Shown: positions 1-9,080, numbered from the stretch's first letter. The stretch is 51,592 bases of DNA from Candidatus Woesearchaeota archaeon (GCA_964617925.1 CAZTYO010000002.1:1-51592); one strand, 5' to 3'. Numbers and translations: made by a program. Notes: generated by a model from the letters alone, not told the origin.

Positions 1-757
1 TTGTATTAGTTTCATTTACACCTGTTTGATTTGTTTCTGTTGTAGTGCTGTTTGTATGGTGTACTGGAATGTGGTCTTCTCCGCCAGTGTGAATGTCAAA
101 TTGCTCTCCAAGATATTTTGTGGACATAGCAGAACATTCTATGTGCCAGCCAGGAAATCCTTTTCTTCCTAAAAATTCCCATTCTTGTAATCTTTTTTCT
201 TGGGAGAATTTCCATAGGGCAAAATCGGTTTTATTCTTCTTTTCTCTTAAATCAGTTCTTTTTCCTGCTTCAAGACCTTCTAAATTTAATCTTGCTAGCT
301 TTCCGTAATCTTTTATTTTAGAAGTGTCAAAATATATTCCATCAGAAGTTTCGTAAGTAAAACCTTTTTTTATTAATTTATTTACTAATTCTTGTTGTTC
401 TTTAATGTGTTCTGTTGCTTTAGACCAAATATCTGGGAAAGCTATGTTTAGCTTCACTGAATCTTCCTTGAATATTTTAAAATAATAGTTTGTTATTTCT
501 TTCGGAGTTTTGTTTTGTTTTTTTGCAGATTTTTCTACTTTGTCTTCTCCTTCGTCTGCATCAGAAGTTAAGTGACCTACGTCTGTGACGTTCATTACAT
601 GTTTAACTTTGTATTTGTTATATGTTAGGACTCTTTTTAGTATGTCTGAGAATACATAGGATCTCATGTTACCAATATGTTGAAAAAGATACACAGTTGG
701 TCCACATGTGTAGAGTCCTACTTGAGTTTTCTTTATTGGCTTGAAATTCCTCAACAA
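1..757 (-). CDS. cysS: cysteinyl-tRNA synthetase, N-terminal part (C-terminal part lies off-window)
   Basis: The minus-strand frame is open from 781 to the window edge. Translation reads ...[45 protein letters not shown]...[13 protein letters not shown]...[15 protein letters not shown]. This shows class-I CysRS hallmarks (CGPTVY, a HIGH-like motif, WHIECS, HH). There is no in-frame ATG upstream of CGPTVY. Candidate starts are TTG at 757 or 754, or ATA at 781; a TGA stop lies at 784-782. Confidence 0.8.
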   Translation of the reverse strand, partial: MLRNFKPIKKTQVGLYTCGPTVYLFQHIGNMRSYVFSDILKRVLTYNKYKVKHVMNVTDVGHLTSDADEGEDKVEKSAKKQNKTPKEITNYYFKIFKEDSVKLNIAFPDIWSKATEHIKEQQELVNKLIKKGFTYETSDGIYFDTSKIKDYGKLARLNLEGLEAGKRTDLREKKNKTDFALWKFSQEKRLQEWEFLGRKGFPGWHIECSAMSTKYLGEQFDIHTGGEDHIPVHHTNSTTTETNQTGVNETNT

Positions 758-1507
758 GCTATTTCGGACAGTCGATTTTATTCAAAGTGGTATGAAAGTA
801 TTAGTAGTAGACGTACTAGTAATCCTCTTAGTGTTGGAGAAGTTAATAGTGTTGTGAGGGCAGGTCAGAGACATGGTTTAATTCCCAAATCAGGTTTTAG
901 ATTTGAGAGACATTCCGGTCGGCATGGTTGGCATATGCAGTTTGCAGGAGGCGGTTCAAGCACACTAGGAAATAGGCATCTTCCAATAAATAGAGCTTCA
1001 TTTACTGAAGCAGGATGGACTATATCTATATATCAAACTAGGGTTGGTGAAAGAGGTTCGCGTTTGAGACCCCCCGTAGGTGGTGGCAGTTCTCTTGGGA
1101 GAGCTATTGGATGGGTAGGGATGGAAATTGTAGTACTATCTTCTATACCCGAGATAGCTAGTGCTGCCGAGGAAGGTGAAGTAGGTGGAGCTGCTTCTGC
1201 TGCAGGAGGGATCGGAAAAAATTTAATATATGATACTATGATATTTGTAGCATCAGGAGGCGCTTCTGCTCCGGGACAGATGTTGGGCGGAGTTCTATCT
1301 GCTAATGCTCCGGCAGAATTTGATCCAATGTTTGCTGCTATACGAGAAAATCCTGAGGGTTTACATGCCGCTAGAGGTAGTATGAGCACAGGATGTTATG
1401 AATATTTATGTGCTAGGACCGGTGTTCAATCGCAAAATCCAGATTATTCTTTGCCTAGGGAATTAGAGGGACATGTTGCAAGGCCAATTTTTGAACCAAA
1501 TTTTTGA
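677..1507 (+). CDS. hypothetical Gly/Ala/Ser/Arg-rich protein encoded by a GC-rich island; start uncertain (GTG 854 or ATG 935 more likely than 677, which overlaps cysS)
   Basis: An uninterrupted 276-codon ORF crosses a segment much richer in G+C than its flanks. It uses CGT/CGG Arg codons, whereas Arg in the other genes I read is mostly AGA. The C-terminal half has a hydrophobic Gly/Ala-rich stretch ([42 protein letters not shown]). I recognise no family. Confidence 0.45.
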   Translation: MLKKIHSWSTCVESYLSFLYWLEIPQQAISDSRFYSKWYESISSRRTSNPLSVGEVNSVVRAGQRHGLIPKSGFRFERHSGRHGWHMQFAGGGSSTLGNRHLPINRASFTEAGWTISIYQTRVGERGSRLRPPVGGGSSLGRAIGWVGMEIVVLSSIPEIASAAEEGEVGGAASAAGGIGKNLIYDTMIFVASGGASAPGQMLGGVLSANAPAEFDPMFAAIRENPEGLHAARGSMSTGCYEYLCARTGVQSQNPDYSLPRELEGHVARPIFEPNF

Positions 1508-1570
1508 AATCTTTTTTATTTTACTTTCATTTATTGCCGCCGTTTTGTTTGAAGCTCTTAAAAAATAATT

Positions 1571-1894
1571 TTATTCTTCTTCCTCTTCTGGAGGGGCCAA
1601 CCTAAACAAAACGGTTATTCTATGAATTTGTTTTCCGGCCTTCTTATTCAATCCAACTAGAGATCTTGATACTTTTGAAGTTCCCTTAAATTGTTTCTTT
1701 AATTTTTTTGCCAATCCAAATGCAAACTTTGCAGAATTAACATAAATATCTACTCCTTCTTTTAAATTTTGTTCATGAATTACTTCAATATTTTCTTTTT
1801 TTAATTTAATTTGTACAAAATCATAAACTTCCTTATCGAACGGCCTAAGTTGAATCTTTGCTTCGTAAGACTGTCCCACTAATATTCTTGCCAT
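1571..1894 (-). CDS. small basic conserved hypothetical protein (weak resemblance to archaeal Nmd3-family core)
   Basis: 107-aa ORF lying 1 nt downstream of the DUF424-like gene in the same operon. The pattern IQLR...GVDIYVNS...LAKKL...SRSLVG...RITVLFR recalls Nmd3-like proteins. That recognition is from memory only. Confidence 0.4.
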   Translation of the reverse strand: MARILVGQSYEAKIQLRPFDKEVYDFVQIKLKKENIEVIHEQNLKEGVDIYVNSAKFAFGLAKKLKKQFKGTSKVSRSLVGLNKKAGKQIHRITVLFRLAPPEEEEE

Positions 1895-1895
1895 C

Positions 1896-2186
1896 TTAAA
1901 GTGTGAATACTTGTGCGTGTTCTACTCCTGCAATAGTTAAAATATCTTTTTCTTCAATTAATCCTAATTCAATTGCCAGTTTTATTGGTTCTTCACCAAC
2001 CACATTCAAATTCTTAGCAGTTTTCATAATCTCTTTTATTTCTTCCACAGATTTTTTTTCGCCCTTATAATATCTCTCAGAAATATTCAGTTCTAAATCT
2101 CCTTCAGAAACTTTTTTTCCTAACAATCCTTCTTCACAAATTGCTACTACTTGACTATCTTGGAATTGGTGTGTTTTTACATACAT
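1896..2186 (-). CDS. DUF424-family protein
   Basis: 96-aa product MYVKTHQF...VVAICEEGLLGKK...NVVGEE...AGVEHAQVF. It matches the archaeal DUF424 pattern (MYvKih...lAicDeeLlGk...NivG...vPhaqi). Confidence 0.6.
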   Translation of the reverse strand: MYVKTHQFQDSQVVAICEEGLLGKKVSEGDLELNISERYYKGEKKSVEEIKEIMKTAKNLNVVGEEPIKLAIELGLIEEKDILTIAGVEHAQVFTL

Positions 2187-2187
2187 T

Positions 2188-2595
2188 TTAAACCTTTGAT
2201 TTTATTGGATGTTTTGCTCCACATGCTTGACATTTAAGTAATAATATTCTATTTTCTCTCATTAATTGAGTGTCTGGTTTTTTACAATCTGGACAAATAA
2301 CAAATTCATTCGCATATTTTTTAATTTTTTCATTAATTATTGTAGAATTTATTTTCCTCCCTAAAATCAGCCTTTTTCCTTCAACTGATCCAGGTGTTGC
2401 TAATTCTCTTTGTAAAAATTTTAGTAAGTGTTTTGATTCTCTTCTGAATGCTTCAACAATCTCTCCAAAATTTTTTATTATTGTTTTATTTTTTTCTACA
2501 AAACCTTTTGCTAGGGGTATCTCGAATCTTTCACCAGTATTCTTCTTCTTTGGTATCTTCTTAATTCCACGTTCTAATAACTTTTCGTAATCCAT
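2188..2595 (-). CDS. eif2b: translation initiation factor aIF2 beta subunit
   Basis: 135 aa with a C-terminal CPDC...CQAC zinc ribbon. The motifs FEIP...GFVEKNKTIIKNF and LLKFLQRELATPG are typical of aIF2-beta. Confidence 0.85.
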   Translation of the reverse strand: MDYEKLLERGIKKIPKKKNTGERFEIPLAKGFVEKNKTIIKNFGEIVEAFRRESKHLLKFLQRELATPGSVEGKRLILGRKINSTIINEKIKKYANEFVICPDCKKPDTQLMRENRILLLKCQACGAKHPIKSKV

Positions 2596-3314
2596 TATTC
2601 TATTATTTTTACTTTTCCTTGCTTTATTTCAAAGATTTCTCCTTCTTTTAAAAGTTCCTGTATCAAAGAATTTGCAGATTCTTCTTCTAAGCCCGACTCT
2701 TCGATAATTTTTATTATGTCTGCGCCTTCTTCCGATTCATCTTTTTCTATTAAATTTAAAATTTTTTGCCTATCTCCTTCTCCTAAGGCTTCTTCTTCTG
2801 GCGAATCTTCAACTAAACTTTCTTCTTCTATTTTTGGTTGTTCTGGATTTGATTCTTCTTTTTGTGGAGGTTTAACTTCTTGCTTGCTATCGCTTGGAGC
2901 ACCATATTCTTTATTTAATTCTAATTTTCTTAATTCAACCCATTTTGGATTATCAACTTGTTTTACTATTTCTGGAATTATGTATCTTGATCTCTCATAC
3001 TCTTTTATTTTCCCAATTATTAGAACTATATCTCCTATATTTACTTCCTTTAAAATCTGAATATCTTCTTTCCATGCTCTTAATGTAATATTATCTGAAC
3101 TATCATCCACAGTTAAAGAGGAGTAAGTTCCATCTTCATTATCATATTTATCTACAACTATTGCAATTAAATTTACTCTAGTTACTTTTTTATCTCTAAT
3201 TTTTACATAGTTTGGTTCCCATTCTCCATTTTGAATAACATATTCATTATTAATTAAATCTGAAATCCATGCCTTGTATGCTGTTTGTCTTCCTTGTTGT
3301 TCTACCATTTTCAA
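2595..3314 (-). CDS. RPA32/Stn1-like OB-fold protein with acidic linker and C-terminal winged helix
   Basis: N-terminal OB pattern (RVNLIAIVVDK...SLTVDDSSDNITLRAW...GDIVLIIGKIKEY), then a Glu/Pro-rich linker. The C-terminal wH ends in KEGEIFEIKQGKVK, like the MCM C-terminal wH motif GEIFEPKRG. Its start overlaps the mcm stop by 4 nt. Confidence 0.6.
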   Translation of the reverse strand: MKMVEQQGRQTAYKAWISDLINNEYVIQNGEWEPNYVKIRDKKVTRVNLIAIVVDKYDNEDGTYSSLTVDDSSDNITLRAWKEDIQILKEVNIGDIVLIIGKIKEYERSRYIIPEIVKQVDNPKWVELRKLELNKEYGAPSDSKQEVKPPQKEESNPEQPKIEEESLVEDSPEEEALGEGDRQKILNLIEKDESEEGADIIKIIEESGLEEESANSLIQELLKEGEIFEIKQGKVKIIE

Positions 3315-5341
3315 CCTGTTTTTTGAATGAACCCTCTCTTAGGTTCAAATATTTCTCCTGATCTTTTTAATTGTTCAATTATTTCCTCGACCTTGTCTTC
3401 ACTTATCTCTCTTTCGGCTGCTTCTGCCATAATACTTTCAATAGGAATTGCACTTACTCCAGTTTCTGCAATCTTTATAATTATATCTTTTATTGCAATT
3501 AATTTTCCTCTTTTTGAAGCAGGTATTCCTGTCGAAATTCTATCTATGTCTATCTGTCCTGTTTCTTTATCAAATCCTACTTGCATTAAAGAAGATTGCA
3601 ATAATTCTGTTGCCAATTTTGCATCTTCTGCAGTAACAGTTTTAGCAAATTTTATTTTTGCAGATGCTTCGGATAATCTTACTAATGCTTCTAGCTGCCT
3701 TGGAGAAATTGGGACTGGCTTTATTTCATCCTCTCCTGCACTCGAACTATTTCTCAATTTTACATAATAATCTTTTATTATATCTAACGCTTCTTCAGAA
3801 AGTTTGGGATGTGTTTTTTTTGCATATGCTATGAACTTTCTTAATAATGGAATCTGGATAATATCTTTATTTCCATCTTTTCCCTGGTAGGAAGTTAAAA
3901 CGTGCATAGCAATTCTCTCGTCAAATTCTTTATTAGGTAAATCTCTTATTATAAAAATTAAATCAAACCTATTTATCAAGGTTGGAGGTAAATTTATTTG
4001 ATCTGGAATTAAAGTATCTGGATCAAATCTCCCATGGATAGGATTTGCAGCAGCTAAAACTGTTGTTTCTGCCATTAAAGTTGCTTGAATACTTGCTTTT
4101 GAAATTGTAATTGTTTGTTGTTCTAGGGCCTCGTGTAATGCACTCCTATCTTCATGACTCATCTTGTCCAATTCATCAATTGCACAGATTCCTTTGTTTG
4201 CTAAAACCATTGCACCAGCTTCAAGACTCCATCCCTTCATGAACTCATCTTTTACTACTGCAGCAGTTAATCCTGCCCCCGATGCCCCTTTTCCAGATAC
4301 AAACCTTCCTTTTGGTGCTCCTTTTGATATGAAATTTAATAATTGAGATTTACCTGCACCTGGATCTCCCACTAATAACAGGTGTATGTCTCCTCTCCTC
4401 TTGATTCCGTCCCCCATTATCAATCTAGTTCCTCCCACCATTTGAAGTACCATTGCTTTCTTGATTTCATCATGACCCAAAATAGAAGGAGCTATAGATG
4501 CAACTAATTTTTCTAAAATTTTTGGATCTTTGGACATCGTTTTTAATTCTTTTTCTTCTTTTTTTGATATTTTTATATCATCAAAGGTTTCTTGAACTGG
4601 ATTTACATGGTTTGCATCCATTGCAATATCAAATCTAGTAGATGGTGCGCCAGTCTTTAGCAAAATGGGAATTTCCTTTATTACTCCAGTTATATTGACT
4701 TTACTTCCTGGAGTTGTTCTTTTCTCCATTTTAGGATCAACTAAATCTTCTTTTAGAAATATTGCCAATCTCTTTGGTTGTTCTCCCCCTTCTAAAGAAT
4801 CGGGAGTTTCTTCCAACACTATCCTTTGGGCATCTACCAAATCTTTTTTCATTAATCTGAACTTGGCCTTTCTTCCACAACTACAACGACTTGGTTCTTT
4901 AAATGCCTGATGATCAAGCTGTAACATTGTTAAATGATTTCCACAACTAGGACATTCAAACTTTGCAGAAACAACTTGTGGCCTTACATCTGAAGATTGC
5001 CTTACTAATCCAGTAATAGAAACTAATTTTCCCAATTGTTCACTTCTTATATCTCTTAACCTAGTATTCTGAGATTTGGGCAATTTAAAAAATCTAACTC
5101 TTACTTTTCTTTTTTCAATTGGCAGATCTAATTGTTCTACTGCATATTCTGCATTTTCTATTGCATCTAAAGGAACTGCTAAAATTTGTTCTGCCAATTC
5201 AACATCAAATTTAGATATCTCTGAGAAATCTACATCTAAAGATAATTTACCTTCTTTTACTATCTCATTTATCTGTTTACTTGAATTAGTTTCAAAAAAT
5301 TCTTTAAATTTCTCTACTTGATTTATAGTATCTTCAGACAT
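3311..5341 (-). CDS. mcm: MCM replicative helicase
   Basis: Zn motif CPSCGN...CSCG, Walker A GDPGAGKSQ, Walker B CAIDELDKM, arginine finger region SRFDLIF and a C-terminal wH. The ATG at 5341 (MSEDTINQ) is preferred over the TTG at 5371. Confidence 0.95.
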   Translation of the reverse strand: MSEDTINQVEKFKEFFETNSSKQINEIVKEGKLSLDVDFSEISKFDVELAEQILAVPLDAIENAEYAVEQLDLPIEKRKVRVRFFKLPKSQNTRLRDIRSEQLGKLVSITGLVRQSSDVRPQVVSAKFECPSCGNHLTMLQLDHQAFKEPSRCSCGRKAKFRLMKKDLVDAQRIVLEETPDSLEGGEQPKRLAIFLKEDLVDPKMEKRTTPGSKVNITGVIKEIPILLKTGAPSTRFDIAMDANHVNPVQETFDDIKISKKEEKELKTMSKDPKILEKLVASIAPSILGHDEIKKAMVLQMVGGTRLIMGDGIKRRGDIHLLLVGDPGAGKSQLLNFISKGAPKGRFVSGKGASGAGLTAAVVKDEFMKGWSLEAGAMVLANKGICAIDELDKMSHEDRSALHEALEQQTITISKASIQATLMAETTVLAAANPIHGRFDPDTLIPDQINLPPTLINRFDLIFIIRDLPNKEFDERIAMHVLTSYQGKDGNKDIIQIPLLRKFIAYAKKTHPKLSEEALDIIKDYYVKLRNSSSAGEDEIKPVPISPRQLEALVRLSEASAKIKFAKTVTAEDAKLATELLQSSLMQVGFDKETGQIDIDRISTGIPASKRGKLIAIKDIIIKIAETGVSAIPIESIMAEAAEREISEDKVEEIIEQLKRSGEIFEPKRGFIQKTG

Positions 5342-5348
5342 ATCTTTT

Positions 5349-5367
5349 CCCCCAGTTAATCTGGGGG
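5349..5367 (-). promoter_or_regulatory. GC-rich hairpin (7-bp stem, 5-nt loop) in the tbp-mcm spacer
   Basis: cccccag-ttaat-ctggggg is a perfect inverted repeat. On the mRNA strand it ends about 7 nt before the mcm ATG and includes the G-run that could act as an SD. No U-tract follows it. Confidence 0.35.
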
Positions 5368-5386
5368 TCAATCAAGATATATAAAT

Positions 5387-5926
5387 TTATTTAAGATTCT
5401 TAAGTACTTTTATTAACTTTTGAATCGCTTCTTTAAGAGATGTTTCTGAAATTGTGCCAGTACAAACTATCTTTCCATTACTGAATAATAAGAAAGTTGC
5501 CTTTGTTCCACTAAGTTTGTAAACTAATCCAGGGAACTGTTCTGGTTCATATTCTGCATTATCTAATTTCATAGCTAACTTGTTTAAATTTAAATCCATT
5601 CCAATTTCACCGGAAGCAACCATGTTTTGTACAGTTATCTTTGGTTTTACTGTTACTTTTACACCTATCTTTGCTACATTTTTTATAATTTCATTAATAG
5701 ATTCTCTAACCATCTTTAGAGATTTTGCACCAGTACAAACTACTTTTCCAGAACTAAAAATTAATGCAGATGTCTTTGGTTCTCTAATTCGCATTACTAA
5801 TCCAGGAAATTGTTCCGGATTATATTCAGTATTTGGTAGAACTTCTGCTAATCTAATCAAGTGTACGTCTTTTTCAAGTGATGTTGAACAAACAATATTT
5901 ACTATTTTTACTTTTCCTTTAACCAT
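5387..5926 (-). CDS. tbp: TATA-box binding protein
   Basis: 179 aa with two direct repeats (IVNIVCST...EQFPGLVMRI...SGKVVCTGAKS and VQNMVASG...EQFPGLVYKL...NGKIVCTG). Confidence 0.95.
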   Translation of the reverse strand: MVKGKVKIVNIVCSTSLEKDVHLIRLAEVLPNTEYNPEQFPGLVMRIREPKTSALIFSSGKVVCTGAKSLKMVRESINEIIKNVAKIGVKVTVKPKITVQNMVASGEIGMDLNLNKLAMKLDNAEYEPEQFPGLVYKLSGTKATFLLFSNGKIVCTGTISETSLKEAIQKLIKVLKNLK

Positions 5927-6017
5927 TAAAAATCTCCCCCGATAATGTTAATTTATTTATAAAGAGTAATCAAAGAATATATAAAGCTATTTATAAATGT
6001 TTTTGATACTTATTTTA

Positions 6018-9000
6018 TTAAATTACCCTTAAGTATAATTTGAAGAATGTTTCTTTTATTTTAAATTCTGACATTTCTGAATGATCTTTTTTTTCAAAAA
6101 CAAGAGTCTTTGCACCAACTCTTTCTTTAATCACCGTCGAGAAACCAGATATATTTTTATCTCCTTCAATTGCTAAATCTATTTCTTGAGTTTTATTTAA
6201 TTTCAATTCTTTCCTTAGATCTTGAACTCTCCTTATCAATTCCCTTGCAAATCCTTCTGTTTCCAGTTCTTCCGAGATATTTGAATCCAATACAATATAT
6301 CCTTTTTTGAATTCATTTGTAGTTATACCTTCTGGCATTGTTTCTTTTATAATTAAATGATTATTTGTTAACTCAAATTTATTTACAAATGCGTGTTCTC
6401 CAGATTTTAATTTCTCCAATATCTCCTGATTTATATCACTTAATATTGCAGGAGAATCTTGTTTGAAGTCCTTACCTATTGTTGTTTTGTTTGGAAGTAA
6501 CTCTATTTTCGTGTCTTTGAATTCTCTAGTTACTTCTATTTCTTTTATATTTAATTTTGATTTTAATATTCCTCCAAGTGCAGTGATTGTTCTTTGAACT
6601 TCTGGATCTTTACTTACTATGGTTATCTTTTGTAATGGCCACCTAACTCCTGTTTTTATTTTTTCACGTGCAGCTAAACCAGATTGTATTAAATTTTCTA
6701 CTAATTCCATCTCTCTTTCTAGCAATTCATCTATTTTTGAATTATCATATTCTGGCCAATCTGCAAAATGAATACTTTCTAAATCTAAATTAAATGCCTC
6801 TTTTAAATTTTGATAAATTTTCTCAGTTATGAAAGGGGCAACAGTTGAAAACATCTTTAAAGAATCTAAAAGAACTTTGTAAATTGTTTGTACTACTAAT
6901 TCTGGTTTTTCTAACATCTTATCTCTTGTAAGTTGCATATAATCCCTACTCAAAGATAAGAATAATTCTTCTATCTCTCCAGGTACTTTATCTAATTGAT
7001 AAAATTCATATAATTCTGTAACTTTTTTTATTGTTTTATTTAACCTAGACAAGATATACTTTTCTTCTGATTCCAGATTCCCTATTCTTAATTCAGTAGG
7101 ATTTATTTTTGCTGCTTTTGCATAATTTATTAGATATGTGTGAATGTTCCAAAGTACAGATAAATTTCTATGTTTTATTTTTGCTTCATTCCAACTGAAT
7201 TTTATATCCTCTCCAGCATTAGTTTGAGTTAAATACGTTCTAGTTGTATCTGCTCCATGTTTATCCACTAATTCATAAGGAGAAATTACATTTCCGATTG
7301 ATTTTGACATCTTTACGCCACCAACATCAGTTAACATGCCATGAGAATAAACTGCCTTGAATGGAATTTCATCTAATGCTATTATTGAAGATATCATCAA
7401 TAAGTTAAACCACCCCCTTACTTGTTCTCTTGCTTCTAATATGAAATCTGCAGGAAACATAGATTTGAATAAATCTTCCCTTGCAGGATAATAAAGACAC
7501 GCCCAAGAAGCAACACCTGCATCTATCCAAACGTCCAGAATATCAGGTATTCTTTCTTTTGTTCCGCCACACTTACAATGCATAGTAACATCATCTATCC
7601 ATGGACGATGTAAATTTTCTGGTTTTTGTCCGGATAATTCTTCTAATTCTTTTCTTGATGCAATCACTAGATAATCTTCACAATTCTTACATCTCCATAT
7701 TGGAGCAGGAGTTCCCCAAAATCTTTGTTTTGTAATTGAATTATCTCTTAAATTTTCTAACCAAGAAACAAAGGCATTCTTTACAGTTTCCGGTTCCCAA
7801 TGAATTTTATTATTATATGCAAGCAATTTCTCTTTTAAATCTTCGATTTTGAAAAACCATTGTTTTGTAGTTCTAAAAATTACGGGATTGTGACACCTTT
7901 CACACTGAGCATAATCGTGGACTACTGGAGTCTTTTTTAATAAAGCATCTTCTTCTTCTAATTTTTTTATAAATTTTTGATCATCTTTTTTTGCCACCCA
8001 ATTAGATAGTTCTCCAAAATTTTCTGGAAATATTCCTTCTTCGTTAATCTTATTATATGGGGGAATTCCATTTTGTCTTCCAACTTCATAATCTTCAGGT
8101 CCACATCCGGGTGCACAATGCACCAATCCAGTTCCTACTTCTAAATTAACAAATTCTTTTGATAAGATTACTGTATGTACTGCATTATGTGATTTCTTTA
8201 ATGATCCGAAATCTTTTATTTCTTCTGCCCAAGGGTGAATGTACTCTAAATGTTCTAAATCTGCCCCTTTAAACTCTTCAAGGATGGTATACTCTTTCCC
8301 TAATTCTTCCACTATTACCTTGTCCGCCAATTCCTTGGCAATGATCCAAACTTCACCACCTACTTTTGCCCGAATGTAAGTTAATTCAGGATTAACCATC
8401 ACCGCTAGATTAAAAGAAATTGTCCAAGGAGTTGTAGTCCAGATTATTAGAGATTCATCGGTTTTATCTTTTACTTTAAATTTTACAAAAATTGACTGGT
8501 CTTTTATTTCCTTATATTCACATTCATGTTTTGCTAGCGCAGTTGCACAACTTGCGCACCAAGTCATGGTTTTTTCTCCTCCGTAAAGTCTGCCTTTTTC
8601 TTCTGCCCTTTTTATTAGCCACCAAACGCTCTCCATCCATGTTTCTTCTATTGGGAGATATGCATTATCATAATCCATCCAAATTCCAAGCCTAGATAAA
8701 TCCTCATTCATAACTTTTGCATGTCTGGATGAAAATTCCATACATTTTTTTATGAATTTATCTAAACCGTATCCCAAAATGTCTTCTTTTGTTTTTAGAT
8801 TTAATTCTTTTTGAACTTTTGAAGCAGTAGGAATTCCATGCATATCATATCCTGCACGATCCCAAACATGAAATCCATTCATGTTTTTATATCTTAAAAC
8901 TAAATCTTTTAGAGAATTATTCCATGCATGGCCCATATGGAGCCTACCTGAAGTATATGGAGGTCCTTGAAGAAAATAAAAAGGTTTTTTTCCTTTATTC

Positions 9001-9080
9001 CTATCTCTAGTTTTTTTATAAATATCTTTAAATTTCCAAAATTCTAATACTTCTTCCTCTACTTTTTTTGCATCATACAT
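6018..9080 (-). CDS. ileS: isoleucyl-tRNA synthetase
   Basis: 1020 aa with a PPYTSGRLHMGHAWN (HIGH) motif, a KMSKSIGN (KMSKS) motif, editing-domain-sized insertions and Cys clusters. Confidence 0.95.
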   Translation of the reverse strand: MYDAKKVEEEVLEFWKFKDIYKKTRDRNKGKKPFYFLQGPPYTSGRLHMGHAWNNSLKDLVLRYKNMNGFHVWDRAGYDMHGIPTASKVQKELNLKTKEDILGYGLDKFIKKCMEFSSRHAKVMNEDLSRLGIWMDYDNAYLPIEETWMESVWWLIKRAEEKGRLYGGEKTMTWCASCATALAKHECEYKEIKDQSIFVKFKVKDKTDESLIIWTTTPWTISFNLAVMVNPELTYIRAKVGGEVWIIAKELADKVIVEELGKEYTILEEFKGADLEHLEYIHPWAEEIKDFGSLKKSHNAVHTVILSKEFVNLEVGTGLVHCAPGCGPEDYEVGRQNGIPPYNKINEEGIFPENFGELSNWVAKKDDQKFIKKLEEEDALLKKTPVVHDYAQCERCHNPVIFRTTKQWFFKIEDLKEKLLAYNNKIHWEPETVKNAFVSWLENLRDNSITKQRFWGTPAPIWRCKNCEDYLVIASRKELEELSGQKPENLHRPWIDDVTMHCKCGGTKERIPDILDVWIDAGVASWACLYYPAREDLFKSMFPADFILEAREQVRGWFNLLMISSIIALDEIPFKAVYSHGMLTDVGGVKMSKSIGNVISPYELVDKHGADTTRTYLTQTNAGEDIKFSWNEAKIKHRNLSVLWNIHTYLINYAKAAKINPTELRIGNLESEEKYILSRLNKTIKKVTELYEFYQLDKVPGEIEELFLSLSRDYMQLTRDKMLEKPELVVQTIYKVLLDSLKMFSTVAPFITEKIYQNLKEAFNLDLESIHFADWPEYDNSKIDELLEREMELVENLIQSGLAAREKIKTGVRWPLQKITIVSKDPEVQRTITALGGILKSKLNIKEIEVTREFKDTKIELLPNKTTIGKDFKQDSPAILSDINQEILEKLKSGEHAFVNKFELTNNHLIIKETMPEGITTNEFKKGYIVLDSNISEELETEGFARELIRRVQDLRKELKLNKTQEIDLAIEGDKNISGFSTVIKERVGAKTLVFEKKDHSEMSEFKIKETFFKLYLRVI

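Noticed and set aside
93-308. 71-aa plus-strand ORF at the window start.
   Set aside because: It lies antisense within the clearly recognisable cysS reading frame.
1033-1389. 118-aa minus-strand ORF inside the GC-rich island.
   Set aside because: It is antisense to the longer plus-strand ORF, and GC-rich, GCN-rich coding sequence commonly leaves the opposite strand open. There is no independent support for it.
780-1507. The GC-rich island could be a structured RNA gene (RNase P RNA, SRP RNA, group I/II intron or rRNA fragment). Stable RNAs are usually the GC-rich islands in AT-rich archaeal genomes.
   Set aside because: One frame stays open for 276 codons, which is very unlikely for non-coding sequence of this composition. 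I could not find RNase P, SRP or intron signature motifs by eye. It remains formally untested without covariance-model searches.
2270-5321. Plus-strand ORFs 2270..2590, 2716..3060, 2894..3088, 3327..3767, 4164..4346, 4665..4910 and 5076..5321. Similar antisense ORFs lie within ileS, polB, cdc48, topA, argS, lon, dp2, tctA and other genes.
   Set aside because: All are shadow ORFs opposite genes with strong family signatures. Their products are Ser/Phe/Leu/Ile-rich low-complexity strings, typical of antisense AT-rich coding DNA.
5342-5371. N-terminal extensions from non-ATG starts in the ORF track: mcm TTG 5371, rfcS TTG 9222, rfcL TTG 10606, dp1 TTG 45252 and dp2 TTG 46738. Upstream ATG extensions also occur at 34312, 29129, 23532 and 37940.
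   Set aside because: In each case an in-frame ATG lies just downstream and reproduces the canonical family N-terminus, follows an SD, or removes an overlap with the neighbouring gene. The longer versions are not excluded.
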